The translations under genes were made by a program, and so were the position numbers. The notes below the pieces were generated by a model that was not told the origin of the DNA, searched no databases, and saw only the letters and a program-made list of their open reading frames with translations. Positions 52,851-64,000 of a stretch of DNA of 64,000 nt are shown in pieces; within the stretch, counting starts at the first letter, position 1; each line of letters starts with the position of its first letter. The DNA is taken from assembly GCA_051453625.1 (NCBI GenBank), contig JBOZIK010000001.1, forward strand, positions 48,093,294 through 48,157,293, in the 5' to 3' direction. The DNA is from Welwitschia mirabilis (Eukaryota).

Positions 52851-55099
52851 GCTTTAATGATCAACCCCTCATTTTTTGTAGGCCTCATTAAAAATTATTC
52901 ATTTACTATCCTGCACAACCTCTGTCATCCCCTTGTCCATTATCACCATCTCACCTTCCATCTCCATCACCGTCTTTCATAGTACCAATCCATGCTTCGC
53001 CTCTTATCACAACTCCACCATTATCTTTCACCGTAGCTTCTTTATTACTTCTATTACCCCTTATATGTATTCATGCATGAGGAGATAGACCTCTTAAGTC
53101 CTCAATAGGTCATCCTAGCTACCATCTATAAAATGGAATACACCTCCATCCACATCTTTTTCTTTATACATCATTTAGATTGACATCATAAAGAATAGTG
53201 ACAATCATAGCAACGATGTAGGAGATGACACTTGGTACACTAGTGACTCAGTTCTTTGTAATTAGCTCCTTTTGTATGCCATCCAAAAAATGGGGAGAAG
53301 ATATGCAAATTAGTTTAGACATCTTGTATGAGTCTAGAGGATATGATATTAAGATAGATGGATTGGACTCCCCACAAGTGACATCCTTATTGATGATCAC
53401 TTTTTGTTGTTGACACACATTACATGTTCTATTATTGTCTATTATTATTTTTTTCACTTTTCTACAATTACATATTTCTTATGTGTTTAATCATTTATAC
53501 TACGTCTTCTTTACTATTCTACATGACTATGTGTGTGATTAATAAATATTTTTAAAACTATTAAAATTTATATCATGTCTCATATCATATGTTATATTCT
53601 CTCTTTGACTAAAGTATTTCCATTTAGTTGATAAAACATGATTACGTTAATGAGATCTTTCAAGTTTTGAACATCATCAAAAGGGGGAGATTATTGATAA
53701 AATTTCAACTTGATGATTCCACTTATCAAATGTAATATGTCTATAATGTAAGCTAGTTATATTGGAGAATATCAAATTGCAAAAAACATTAATCCAAGTC
53801 AAACCTTAAGTTCATATTACACAAAAGGTTTAGCTCAAATTTCATGAATGTTAAAACAAAATTGATAGAAGATGTTTATAGGAAAGACTTTTGCTATATG
53901 GAATATGGATATGATAAACTAGACTTCATCATAGAAAAAGACATCTATATTAACAAATACATCCATACTAAAACAAGGACCTGAGACAAGTGAAAGATGT
54001 ATATTATATTAAAGACGTCTATACTACTTTGACTCTTGGAAAATGTCTACATAGTTGAAGATGTATATACTGAACTGATGGAGGGATTATGTTATAAGAT
54101 AAATGTAAAAAGTATTACAAAATACTACTAGAAACTATAAACAAAGAAAAGTTTAGAAATTATGCTATTATGAACCTGAAATAAGCACATATCATTAAAA
54201 ATAAAAATACATGAAGGCTTACTAAAGAACTCATTATGACTTAATCATTTAGTTTAAAATTCATCATCATAATAATCTTATAATGAAGTTACTACTTAAG
54301 TTATTTATTAAAACCAACCTACTATGTACATGTAATACATCAAGGGGGAATAGAGAAAGAAATAAAACATAATCGAAGTTGAGTGGCCTACTGATTAATA
54401 CTTATTTCTAAGCACTAAAATTATCCTAATTTATGTTCAGTTATACAAATAGGAGTAAGATAGAAGTAATATTACTTTTTCAAGTAATATAAGATGCACA
54501 TAATGGTATTTAAAAGCTTTTATATTGAAATATCAATTATATATAAAGATGAGTTAACAAATGTGTTCTCGTTTTTAGGTAACACTATGGAATGTGAGAA
54601 AGTACTACTGACACCTTTGTAGGTGAGCTAGAGTTCCCTTTCTTGATCTCTTTGCCTTGTGTATTACTAGAACTTATGTTTCAAAAAGATCCCCACCTTT
54701 GGTGATGATCAAGTTTTTATACCCTAGCTAGTTTTTAAGTTTCCTTTATTTGCTCCTTAGGAATCGGCAAGTGGTTGAGGTTGTTACGCTGATTCACTTC
54801 TCAACCTTTTATCTCGTCTTCATGCCAATTGACATCCTATATTAAAAATGTAATAATGAATATATATACTAACCTACTAACATACTAATGAGTAACCTAT
54901 TTATTAGTAGGCATAAAGATAACTAAGAACATCTATTCGTTGATGAAATATATATTTGACATAAGCAAAAACATTTCATTAATAAGCACATTATTACATT
55001 AAATTTAGCTTCATCAGTTTTCCTAAGCTTAACTTTTTATTAGTTTCTTAACAAATAGAGTATTTACAAGAGATAAAGACAATGGAGAGCCTTATTATT

Positions 55100-57900
55100 T
55101 TCCTTTTCTTCTTTTGAAAATGAATGGTTGCTTCTTGTTGGATTTTAACTCTTCCTTTTGTTTAGTTGGCTAGACTATTTTACTTTTTTAAAAGTATCTA
55201 AAATCCTTTTTTATTCTTTCTGAAGAGCAAGATCATTCAAATATATGACTTCTATTTCTACTTATGCTAGAGCTACTTTTCTATCCTAGCCTCTGCCTTG
55301 TGGAGAAGCTCTTGGTTTAGGTGGTTTCTTCTCTTTTTCTTGGGAGTTGAAAGACATTTTATCTTAGGATTTTAGGAGAATTTTCTACTTCTAGAGCTAC
55401 TCCAATTTGTGGTTCCCATCTTGAGGTTTATCCTAGAGAAACTATGTACATCTCCAATGAGTTTTTATGTTCTAACTTTAAAAAAATATCGACAAATATG
55501 CCTCTCAGCATAGTCATGTTCTAAATAATTTGATCTCTAAAAGAATACAACTACTGAAAATCCTAAAAGGACACTATAAAAACTTTAACATTTGATTTAC
55601 ATTCTTCCAAAATTCTGCAAAATTTTATTGCTTTATCTATTAAAAAATTCTTGAGTTCCCTCTTAGGGATTCATAGTCCTTTCATGATGATTTCTCTTCA
55701 TAAAACTTTAATATCCTTTTTAAAATTGTCAAAAATGTGCATTAGCCTTGACCAACCCCTAGAAGTTTTCTGAATAAAATTTTCTAAATGTTCTTTAAAT
55801 CTGTCAATGAAATTATATAACTTCTAATGGTAATAGTCAAGGCTATGTAGCATGGCTAAGTTATCATTCCCAAACTCAATTCATTTACACAACTTTATTT
55901 CCATGAGGTAAAGCTCATAGAGTAATCATATGTTTTCCTTCTCCAAATTGTAAATAATAAGTTGAGTGGACTTAGGGCTTATTAGTTGAAAATCCTTCTT
56001 TAAATCTATTTGAGACTCTCCTAGAGTATCAATAATACTCGATTTTATTTTATCCTCCATCTCATAAGATNNNNNNNNNNNNNNNNNNNNNNNNNNNNNN
56101 NNNNNNNNNNNNNNNNNNNNNNNNNNNNNNNNNNNNNNNNNNNNNNNNNNNNNNNNNNNNNNNNNNNNNNTCAATAATACTCGATTTTATTTTATCCTCC
56201 ATCTCATAAGATAGAATTAAGGATGTAGAAGGGGTGTTCTAAATTGAACTCATTACTCTTCTGATGTCCTCCTTTATTTTTGAATAAAACTCTTTTTTTG
56301 AAGAATAGAGTGGAGGATAATCAGAAGAGCTTACTTCTCCCATGTGATTCTTGAGATCCTTATTATCTTCTAACAACTGATACATGATTCTCTTGTTTAC
56401 TCTTAAGAGGGAGTGATAAGATTCCAAAGAACTTTGAGCTTCATGCCATTTTTGCNNNNNNNNNNAATCTTCATGAACTTCTCATTCCTCCCTTGTAGGT
56501 TTGCATAAATTTTATTTGAGAATTTCCTATTTAGGGGTAGAGGTCCTTCATTATGCATGAAGGTGATAAATTTTTGTTGATGCTCAATATATTAAGCATC
56601 ATACTTTTTTTTTGAAGCCAAATCCTGTAATAGGGATACTAATATGTCTAACCTTTCTCTTAGAAAATTTTCTATCTCTCCTATGTCTTTGGTAGATAAT
56701 TCTAATTTAGCAGTGCATTCATAAGTTCTCTGTAATTTTCTACTTACTTCTTTGAAAGATTCAGAGAGCTGAATATCTTTTATCAGTTGTTGATCTCTTA
56801 ACATAGTTATTTATTATTCTCTTTCTCTTGATCTCATTTTTGTTTTAAGAGTTTATTTTCAACTTTTAGATTGCCAACCTAATCTTGCAATGCTGAAACT
56901 TCATTTTTCCTATCCAGACAAACTTGGATTTTATCTTTGATTAAATTCAAAGCATTATAGAGATTGTCCAACTTGTCCTCCTCTAATGCTTTCGAGAATG
57001 GACTAAACTGAAATAAATGGAAGGACAAAATTTCCTCAAACATGAATTAGATTGGGTCCTATAATATACTTAAAGGGAAAAACAGTAAAGTAGACTTTGG
57101 AATGTAGAAGATGATTCCCCTAGCTTTCGCTAGGATATCTTTTACCCTAGAGTTTTCAGGAGACTTAACTTCTTAATCCCAAATAAGCTCTAAAAGGAGA
57201 CTTCGATAAAAGGTTTATTTGATTTTAATGGAATTTTATTTTTATTTAAAATTTTGGTAATCAAAGAAGGAAATTCAATTCCTACAATACCTAAGGCTCT
57301 AATTTCAACCTTATTCAATTTGGTAATATGCCTTACGATCCCTAAAAGGATTCCTTTTGCAATATTTATATTAGTGTAATTTATCTTGTCCTTCATAGCT
57401 ACAATCATATAAAGACCTAATAATGTGATACCCTTTTGCTTATGAAGAATGGATATCAATTTACTAGCCACCATCTTGAAAATAATAAAGAATTCTAGCT
57501 CCATGTCCTTATAGGCTAGTATCCGTCCCTAAACTGCCACTCTTCCTAGCAGATTCATCCTTAAATTTGTCTCTTCTTTTATGCTAGTATCATTTATAGA
57601 TTTCCCTTCAAATGGTAGGTACAAAATTTCTGTAATGTTCTCCTAGATTACTATTAACTATCGGTTTCTCACAGAATTTTTTAGTACAATCTTGGTGTCA
57701 TTTATTATCAAATTCTTATAAAATTCATATACAGATTATAAAAAGAATCTATCATTCATAGTAAGCCATTCATACCATCCCATATCAATAATTCTTTACT
57801 TAAAAACTATCAAGTAGGGGTCTATAAGAACTTGAGTGAAATTTATGGATGAAATGACTTTGCATTCTAGGGAGTGGCAAAATTGTACCAAAGGTGGGGT
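55100..57900 (-). pseudogene. Extra ('env-like'/putative plant transposon protein) ORF remnant with a coiled-coil-like C-terminal part
   Basis: Manual translation of 57790-57600 gives DMGWYEWLTMNDRFFL*SVYEFYKNLIINDTKIVLKNSVRNR*LIVI*ENITEILYLPFEG. ORF 57190-57504 contains INIAKGIL...FPSLITKIL. Heptad-like fragments occur at 55926-56804. Confidence 0.65.
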
Positions 57901-60900
57901 TAAGCAAGAAAATTACAACAGAAGACCTTTAAATAAAATTCTCTTTCTAGTAAGATAAAACATTAGTTAGTGCCAAACAAAAAAGTATTGCATGTAGTAA
58001 ACTTATTTAATTCTCCCTCTAAGTAAAGTTTAGTAGGCTCTTGAATGCATGAAAGAGAGAATAACAATACCTAAAATTTTAGCTCTAAGGTTGTCCATGA
58101 TTGTCGAGGAGCTTAAGAATAAGAAAATAGCTAATACGATAAAGTAAAAATGCAAGGGGAAAGTAAAAATTACTATTATGTTACTCACTTTAAATATGCA
58201 AATGTTGTACTTATTGTTGCATTAAATTTACATAATTGTGAAGTAAATAAAAAATCTTGCTACAAAGAAAATAGGTTTAATTAGAATTTTTCATACTTTG
58301 CTAATGTTGGAAAAATTTAAATGTTAATTTGAGAAAGTGAAAATTTTAAAATTTTACTGGGTTAAAGGTGGTAATGTGAATGTTGAGATGGAAGCACCAA
58401 CAGGGTTGACATGACTTGAACTAGATATGACATGGATTTGATAGCATAACAAGGATTATTGAGAACAAATGTAGGTCATCGAGAATGATTTTAAGTGTGG
58501 TGAAGGAGAAACATGTAGTCATATTTAAGTTGCAATCGCTCTCCACAGCATTAGATTCAATAAGGATCATCAAGAAATCAAGAGTTTTCAATGGGGGCTA
58601 TTGAATCCATTACAAAGGCAATAGAAAGAGTTTTAAGGTGGTCATTATGCAGTCATGAGTTCTTAATGGGATCCTTCGAATTCTTAGCATTTTTATTAAG
58701 CATACACATGAAAATGAAAGAGTAAAGTTCTTGCATAAGAGTTATAGAGGGATGTTGAGGGGGCTCATAAAAAATGAGGTCCTCCTCAATAAAAGCAAGT
58801 TCATGAATTAAATTGGCTTGAAATCTAGTTCAAAGCTTTAACTTTGGACTGGTATCAGTCAACTGCTAGGACTTGCTAGTAAAAGATTAGGCTTGAAATC
58901 CAAGGCTTTGAGTTAATGTAAGTCTATCAAGTACCTCTATGTTTTTGATCACAGGAAAAGAAATACTGAAATTGGCTTGAAATCTAGTTTAAAGTTTCAA
59001 TTTTAAGTTGGTGTCAAGAAATTATGTTATAAATGTTTGGATGCAGGTTTTAAAGGAAGATAAATGGTTTTAGGTATAAAATACAATTCAAATTTTTAAC
59101 TTTAAGTTGGCGTCAATTCAAAAAAAAATTTAAGTTTTAAAAATTTGGATTAAAATCTTACCTAAAGTTTTATCTTTAGCTTAGTGTCAGTCAGCCAAGC
59201 AATTTTCCTTTAGCTTCAAAGTTCAATTTGCAATGGCGTCCTACTGAAGAAGAAAGTTGGTAATTATCTTTTTATCCTTCTAAAATAAGATAAAAAATAA
59301 TTTTCTAGTTTTTAAATATAGCTAAATAATTTTATTTTGATTATAAGACATCTACATGGTTCACGATAGTTATTAATAATGAAACCTTTGAAAGCAAGAT
59401 TTAGTGGATCCTTGCAGTGGAATGGAGCTCGAGAAATCCAAACTAATCATAAATCAATCTGAAGTTCTGATTTTAGGTTGAATCTTGATCAGCTTGAAAT
59501 CCCTTAATTCTAGACCTACTTGAATATAGATGCTAACACTTAGCACACTTCAGATGTTAGCAAAACAAGTATATCATTTATTCAGTTTTTCACATAAAAA
59601 TTAAACACATACGCACTTGATAACTTGCATGTATTGCACTTATCAAATAAGAGGATATAGTTTAAGATATAAATTATATTCTTTCCCTACTTGATCATTC
59701 ATCACTTGCTGTCTGGGCTTAGGAATTCCCTTTACTAAATTTTACTTTACTTTTCATCTCATTTATTACCTTAATTTTCATGGTTTATACTCCTCCCTCT
59801 TTTCCTACTACTGCTTTTGGTATTAAAAAGATTAAGTAATGCCTTTTTAACTTGGGTAGTACGTAGATAGATATGTGCATAAGCACTATAGATCCTCAAT
59901 CTTCTCAAGTTTCCATTAGATCTAAAAATGCAGTTTAACACTTTCCGTACTATCACTATAGTTTGACTACTGAGGTCTTAGACACTTTAGATTTCATCAT
60001 CATTAAAGCTAGTAAAGATTGTTTTGATGGTGGTTTCATCCCTCTGAGCCTTAGTCCATTAGTTTACCACCTAGTGGAAGAGTATCTAAGGCTGATGACT
60101 GAGGAATTGTGTTGGCAACTTAGTTATAATGAGTTGACTTGTGACATATCTCTAGGTTAGCTAGCTAGATAGATGCAAGTATTATAAAAGAAATTTAACT
60201 AGCTTTAAGACACTAACCCTATCCTAAGCCTTATTACACTTAGATTCAATAAGGAGAATGTAGAGAGGATATTATGGGATTTTAAGCCTTATTAAAATTT
60301 CTGGCTGTCCCACCCAAAGGAAATCAACATTTTGACTCAATTACTTAATGAGATGCATTTACTACTTTTAAGTGAAAATTCTACAGGGTCATCGTCAATG
60401 ACTAGGAATTCCGACTAAAAGAACAAGTTCTTTAATCACTTTAAGAGTTAACTTGTTTAAAGGAATTTGTTTGTTGAAGAGATTTTTCACTATTTCTTCT
60501 TTTCCTACAAGAGAATGTAATAAATTACTTTATTTAATAATGTTCAAGATTTTTATTTAGAACTTATAAATTTTTTTTTATTTCTTTTACTATTTTACTT
60601 TATCATAATCACGTCTGTTTCAGCAAAGAAAATTCAAGCTAAATTATATAGTAAATTGTTAAGATTGTATAAATTAATTTTAAAACTTTGAAATTTCCTT
60701 TTAGCTTGAATAGAATTTAATAATTATACATGTTTTTGAATTGAAGGCTTTTGGATATACATCCCATCATAGATTTAATTATTCCCTTCTAGTTTCTTTA
60801 TTTCCTTCATCTTCAGTTGTGATAAGATTCTAACTTTGGTAACTAGTTGTATCTCAAATGACTCTTCAAACATAACTATTCATTCACCTTTTATTTTTAA

Positions 60901-61399
60901 CAACTTAGATTGACCACAATGAGGAGAGTACAACCACCGTCATAGGAGTAAGGACTCACAGGGTATATACTTTTTTATTTTAAATTTTAATATTCAGATT
61001 GTGGCTAACTGACTCCTCAGTGGAGTTTTCACAGCTACCATATTATACTGTTAAAGTCCCCTCTTGGGAATATTTTCTTCATTACAATTGCAATAGAACA
61101 TTATGGCTCTTTTTTTTTAATTTTTTTAAACAAATACTCAAAAGGTGCTTCTATGATGGAATGTGTCTCCTCATTCTCCATAATAAAGATGATGCACAAT
61201 TTTCTATTGAAGACTTATCAAGTCAAATTCTAATCTCATAATCATTTCATTTATCTTAACAACATAGTAAATTGATAGACTGAATAAACTTTAAAGAAAT
61301 GATATGCCTTTTTTAATCTAATTTTTGAGTTTATTTTAGATGTGGAGTGGAAGCATTCTTTCCACCCTATCTGGGTTTTCTAAGTAATTTAGTATAGAT

Positions 61400-64000
61400 T
61401 TATGATCATAGTACATTCTTACTCTTTACCTATTAACTTGGTGAGTTACTTTTTTATCAAGATCATATATTTCTATGGCTTCATTTTCTAGGAGATTTGT
61501 TATAGTACAGGGTCCAAGTGAATTTTGTTCATATTTTTGTTTCAAATAAATTTTATTACGATCATAAATTAATATTGAGTCTTCTATATTAAAATTTATT
61601 TTCCTACTTCTATTATCATGATATATTTTAGTTTTTTATTGTATAAGTTCTTTACATAGAAGAGCTTCTTTTCTATTTTCATCTAAAATATTCATGTTCT
61701 CTATCTGTTCTTTTTAAGTTGTGTCTAAATGTTTTAATTCTTTAGCTAATTTAAATGTTTTTATTCTAAATTCAATTGGCAAAATAGCATTTTTTTCCAT
61801 AGACTAACATATAGGGAGTAAATCCTATAGTGTGTTTCCTATTCTGCAAGTCCATAGAGCTTCATTTAGCTTATCAGCTCAATTGGGTTTTTTATTATTT
61901 ATAACCTTTATTAATATTCTATTAAGATCTCTATTGGCTACTTCTGCTTGACCATTGGATTGGGGGTGATATGCAGTAGAGAGTTTGTGATGGATTCCAA
62001 ATTTGGTTAAAAGTTTTTCAAAAATTTTACTAGTAAAGTGAGTTCCTCTATCAAATGTAATATTTGAGGAACTCCAAATCAGTAGATGATATTCCTAAGG
62101 AAAAAGTTAATTATAATTTGTAAAGAACAATTAGTCATAGCCTTAGCCTTAGCCCACTTAGTAAAGTAATAAACACAGATCAGAATGTACTTTTTCCCAA
62201 AGGATAAGGAATTGATAGTTCCAAAAAAATCTATTCCCTAAACATCAAAGGATTCAACTATTTGAATACCTTATAACCTTTGGTTAAATGTGCCTTCTCT
62301 TTGACATTTGTTACAACTTTAGACATACTTATTTGCATCTTTGAAGATGGTGGGCTAATAATATCTCATATGGAATATTTTCATTCCTGTTCTGTTTGCA
62401 TCGTAATGTCCTTCTCCTTCTCCTTCATGAGCTTCTTTTGAAATTTCCTCTTGTAAGTTCTCATCTACACAACTTCTAATGACATGATCCTTGTATTCTC
62501 TAAATAACATTTTATCATATCAAATATAATCTTAGGTTTCTTCAATAATATTTTTATCTTGTAATAAATCATAAAAGAGGGTAATCTTTTACTTTTAAGA
62601 AATTTACCAATTTCAACATACCACAAATTTATGGATACTTGAAAAAGATGTTCATCCAGAAATTCATCTCTAATGTTGATTTGCAATTTTTTGGAAACTC
62701 TAAATTTGATAAGTAATCTAATATCACATTATCTATTTCTTTTCTATCAATTATTTTCAAATCAAACTCTTGCATTAATAATATCCATCTCATAATTCAT
62801 GAGTTTGCTTCCTTTTTATTTATTAAAAATCTAATGATATTATGATTAGTATGAACTTTCACTTCATGACCCAATATATAATATCTAAATTTCTCTAATG
62901 ATATCACTACTACTAGCATTTTTTTTCTATTATTGTATAATTTTATTGAGCTGGGTTGAATTTCTTGCTTATATACGCAATGGCATAAGTTTTTTGTCAT
63001 TATCTTTTTGTCCTAAAACTACTTCCATAGCATGCTTAGATGCATCAATCATAATGTGGAATGGTCTTGTCTAATTTGGCCCCTACAACATAGATACTAA
63101 TAAATGTTTATCTTTTAGAGTTTGATAGGCATTCTGACATTTGTTAATCCAATCATATTCTACATATTTTTGTAGGAGATTACTCAAAGGTTTAGCAATT
63201 TTACTGAAGTTGAATATGAATCTTCTGTAGTATCTAACCTATCCTAAAAAATATCTTAACTCTTTTAGTTTGGTTAAGGGTGGAATATCTTTGATAGATT
63301 TAATTTTCTATTAGTTAGTTTCAATTACCTTCTTAGATATTTTATGTCCTAACACTATGTCTTCTATCACCATAAGATGACTTTTCAACCAAATAATTCT
63401 AAGGCATTTTTCTTCACATCTTTCCAAGAATGTTTCCCATTTGTTAAGTAATTATTCAAAATATTTTTTAAATGTTGAAAAATCATTCATAAAAACTTTG
63501 ATCAATCTTTCTAACATGTCTTAAAAAATATTATTTACTAATCTCTAAAAAGTAGCAGGAGCATTACATAGTATAAATGGAAGTACTTTATAAGCATAAT
63601 TGGCTTGATCTTCTAAAGTTATAGGTACCTGCTTGTAACTGCTATACCCATCTAGAAAGTTATAGTATCGATGTCCAGATACTCCTTTTAAAACTTGATC
63701 AATAAATGGAAGAAGAAAATGATCTTTATAGGTCACTGTATTTAGCATTCTAAAGTCTATACACACTCTCTATTTATTTGCTTTCATTTGTACTACTATT
63801 ATAGGGATAATCCATTTTGGATCAGATATGGGATGGATAAATCCTACCTTTAAGAGTTTAGAAATTTCTTATTTAATTACTTCCTACATATGTGGGTTAC
63901 ACCTTCTTTCTAGTTGCCGACTTGATTTTCTAAAAGTATCTAAGTAGATTCTTTTAAGTCTTTTATTCTAAGAATAAGTTAAATAGCTACTTATGATTAA
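61400..64000 (-). pseudogene. Gypsy pol pseudogene (RT, RNase H, integrase)
   Basis: RT CIDFRMLN..TYKDHFLLPFIDQVL...FLDGYSSYKQV (63545-63766); RNase H LVVVISLEKFRYYILG..V.VHTNH (62797-63000); INIRDEFLDEHLF; integrase DRGTHF and YHPQSNGQAEVANR (~61930-62055). Confidence 0.92.

Larger units (their letters stand above)
45170..54090 (+). mobile_element. Degenerate SIRE/Maximus (Sirevirus) Ty1/copia retrotransposon with extra ORF
   Basis: Decayed Met PBS at ~46045-46060 (AAGTGTTATTAGAG, cf. TGGTATCAGAG); gag-pol; extra ORF; upstream PPT-like AAAAAATGGGGAGA at ~53285; SIRE-type junction AAAAGGGGGAGA|TTATTG at 53679-53696. Both LTRs appear partial. Confidence 0.85.
54600..64000 (-). mobile_element. 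Degenerate Athila-like Ty3/gypsy element (pol, long non-coding spacer, extra ORF); continues beyond the window end
   Basis: pol at 61400-64000 and a same-strand extra ORF at ~55100-57900. That these belong to one element is inferred from order and orientation; no LTR was identified. Confidence 0.65.

Noticed and set aside
56029..56212. ~42-bp direct repeat flanking an N-gap
   Set aside because: Identical sequence on both sides of a 100-N placeholder gap; assembly artefact.
1..64000. CRISPR arrays, rRNA/tRNA genes, prokaryotic operons or an endogenous virus (e.g. caulimovirid)
   Set aside because: I saw no regularly spaced repeat-spacer array and no RNA-gene signature. The RT remnants carry LTR-retrotransposon or LINE motifs, with integrase or endonuclease in the better-preserved copies, and I saw no viral movement or coat protein motifs.

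Overview
Land-plant nuclear DNA, AT-rich and dominated by old, mutated retroelements, with several assembly N-gaps. One host gene is recognisable: a + strand, 9-exon SAM-domain + metallo-beta-lactamase/beta-CASP nuclease of the SNM1/PSO2/DCLRE1A DNA cross-link repair family (about 13538-19075). Its spliced frame is intact, it needs one GC-AG intron, and its expected N-terminal part is not visible. The surrounding elements are: two Athila-like Ty3/gypsy elements on the - strand (about 1-10980 and about 54600-64000); a non-autonomous Athila-type LTR element with both LTRs (about 22503-28784, -) and a second, inverted family member (about 40567-45170, +); a 5'-truncated L1 LINE with a 12-bp target-site duplication (29367-34997, +) inserted into one unit of a ~570-bp tandem duplication; a CRM-like chromovirus remnant (about 36720-39800, -); and a SIRE/Maximus Ty1/copia element (about 45170-54090, +). 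I see no clearly new biological system. The most notable observations are one extra-ORF family shared by the gypsy and copia elements, a TAATG stop/start overlap in the LINE, arrays of the palindrome AGACGTCT in the SIRE element, and the missing 5' part of the SNM1-like gene. All assignments come from manual reading and motif recognition, and element boundaries are approximate unless stated otherwise.
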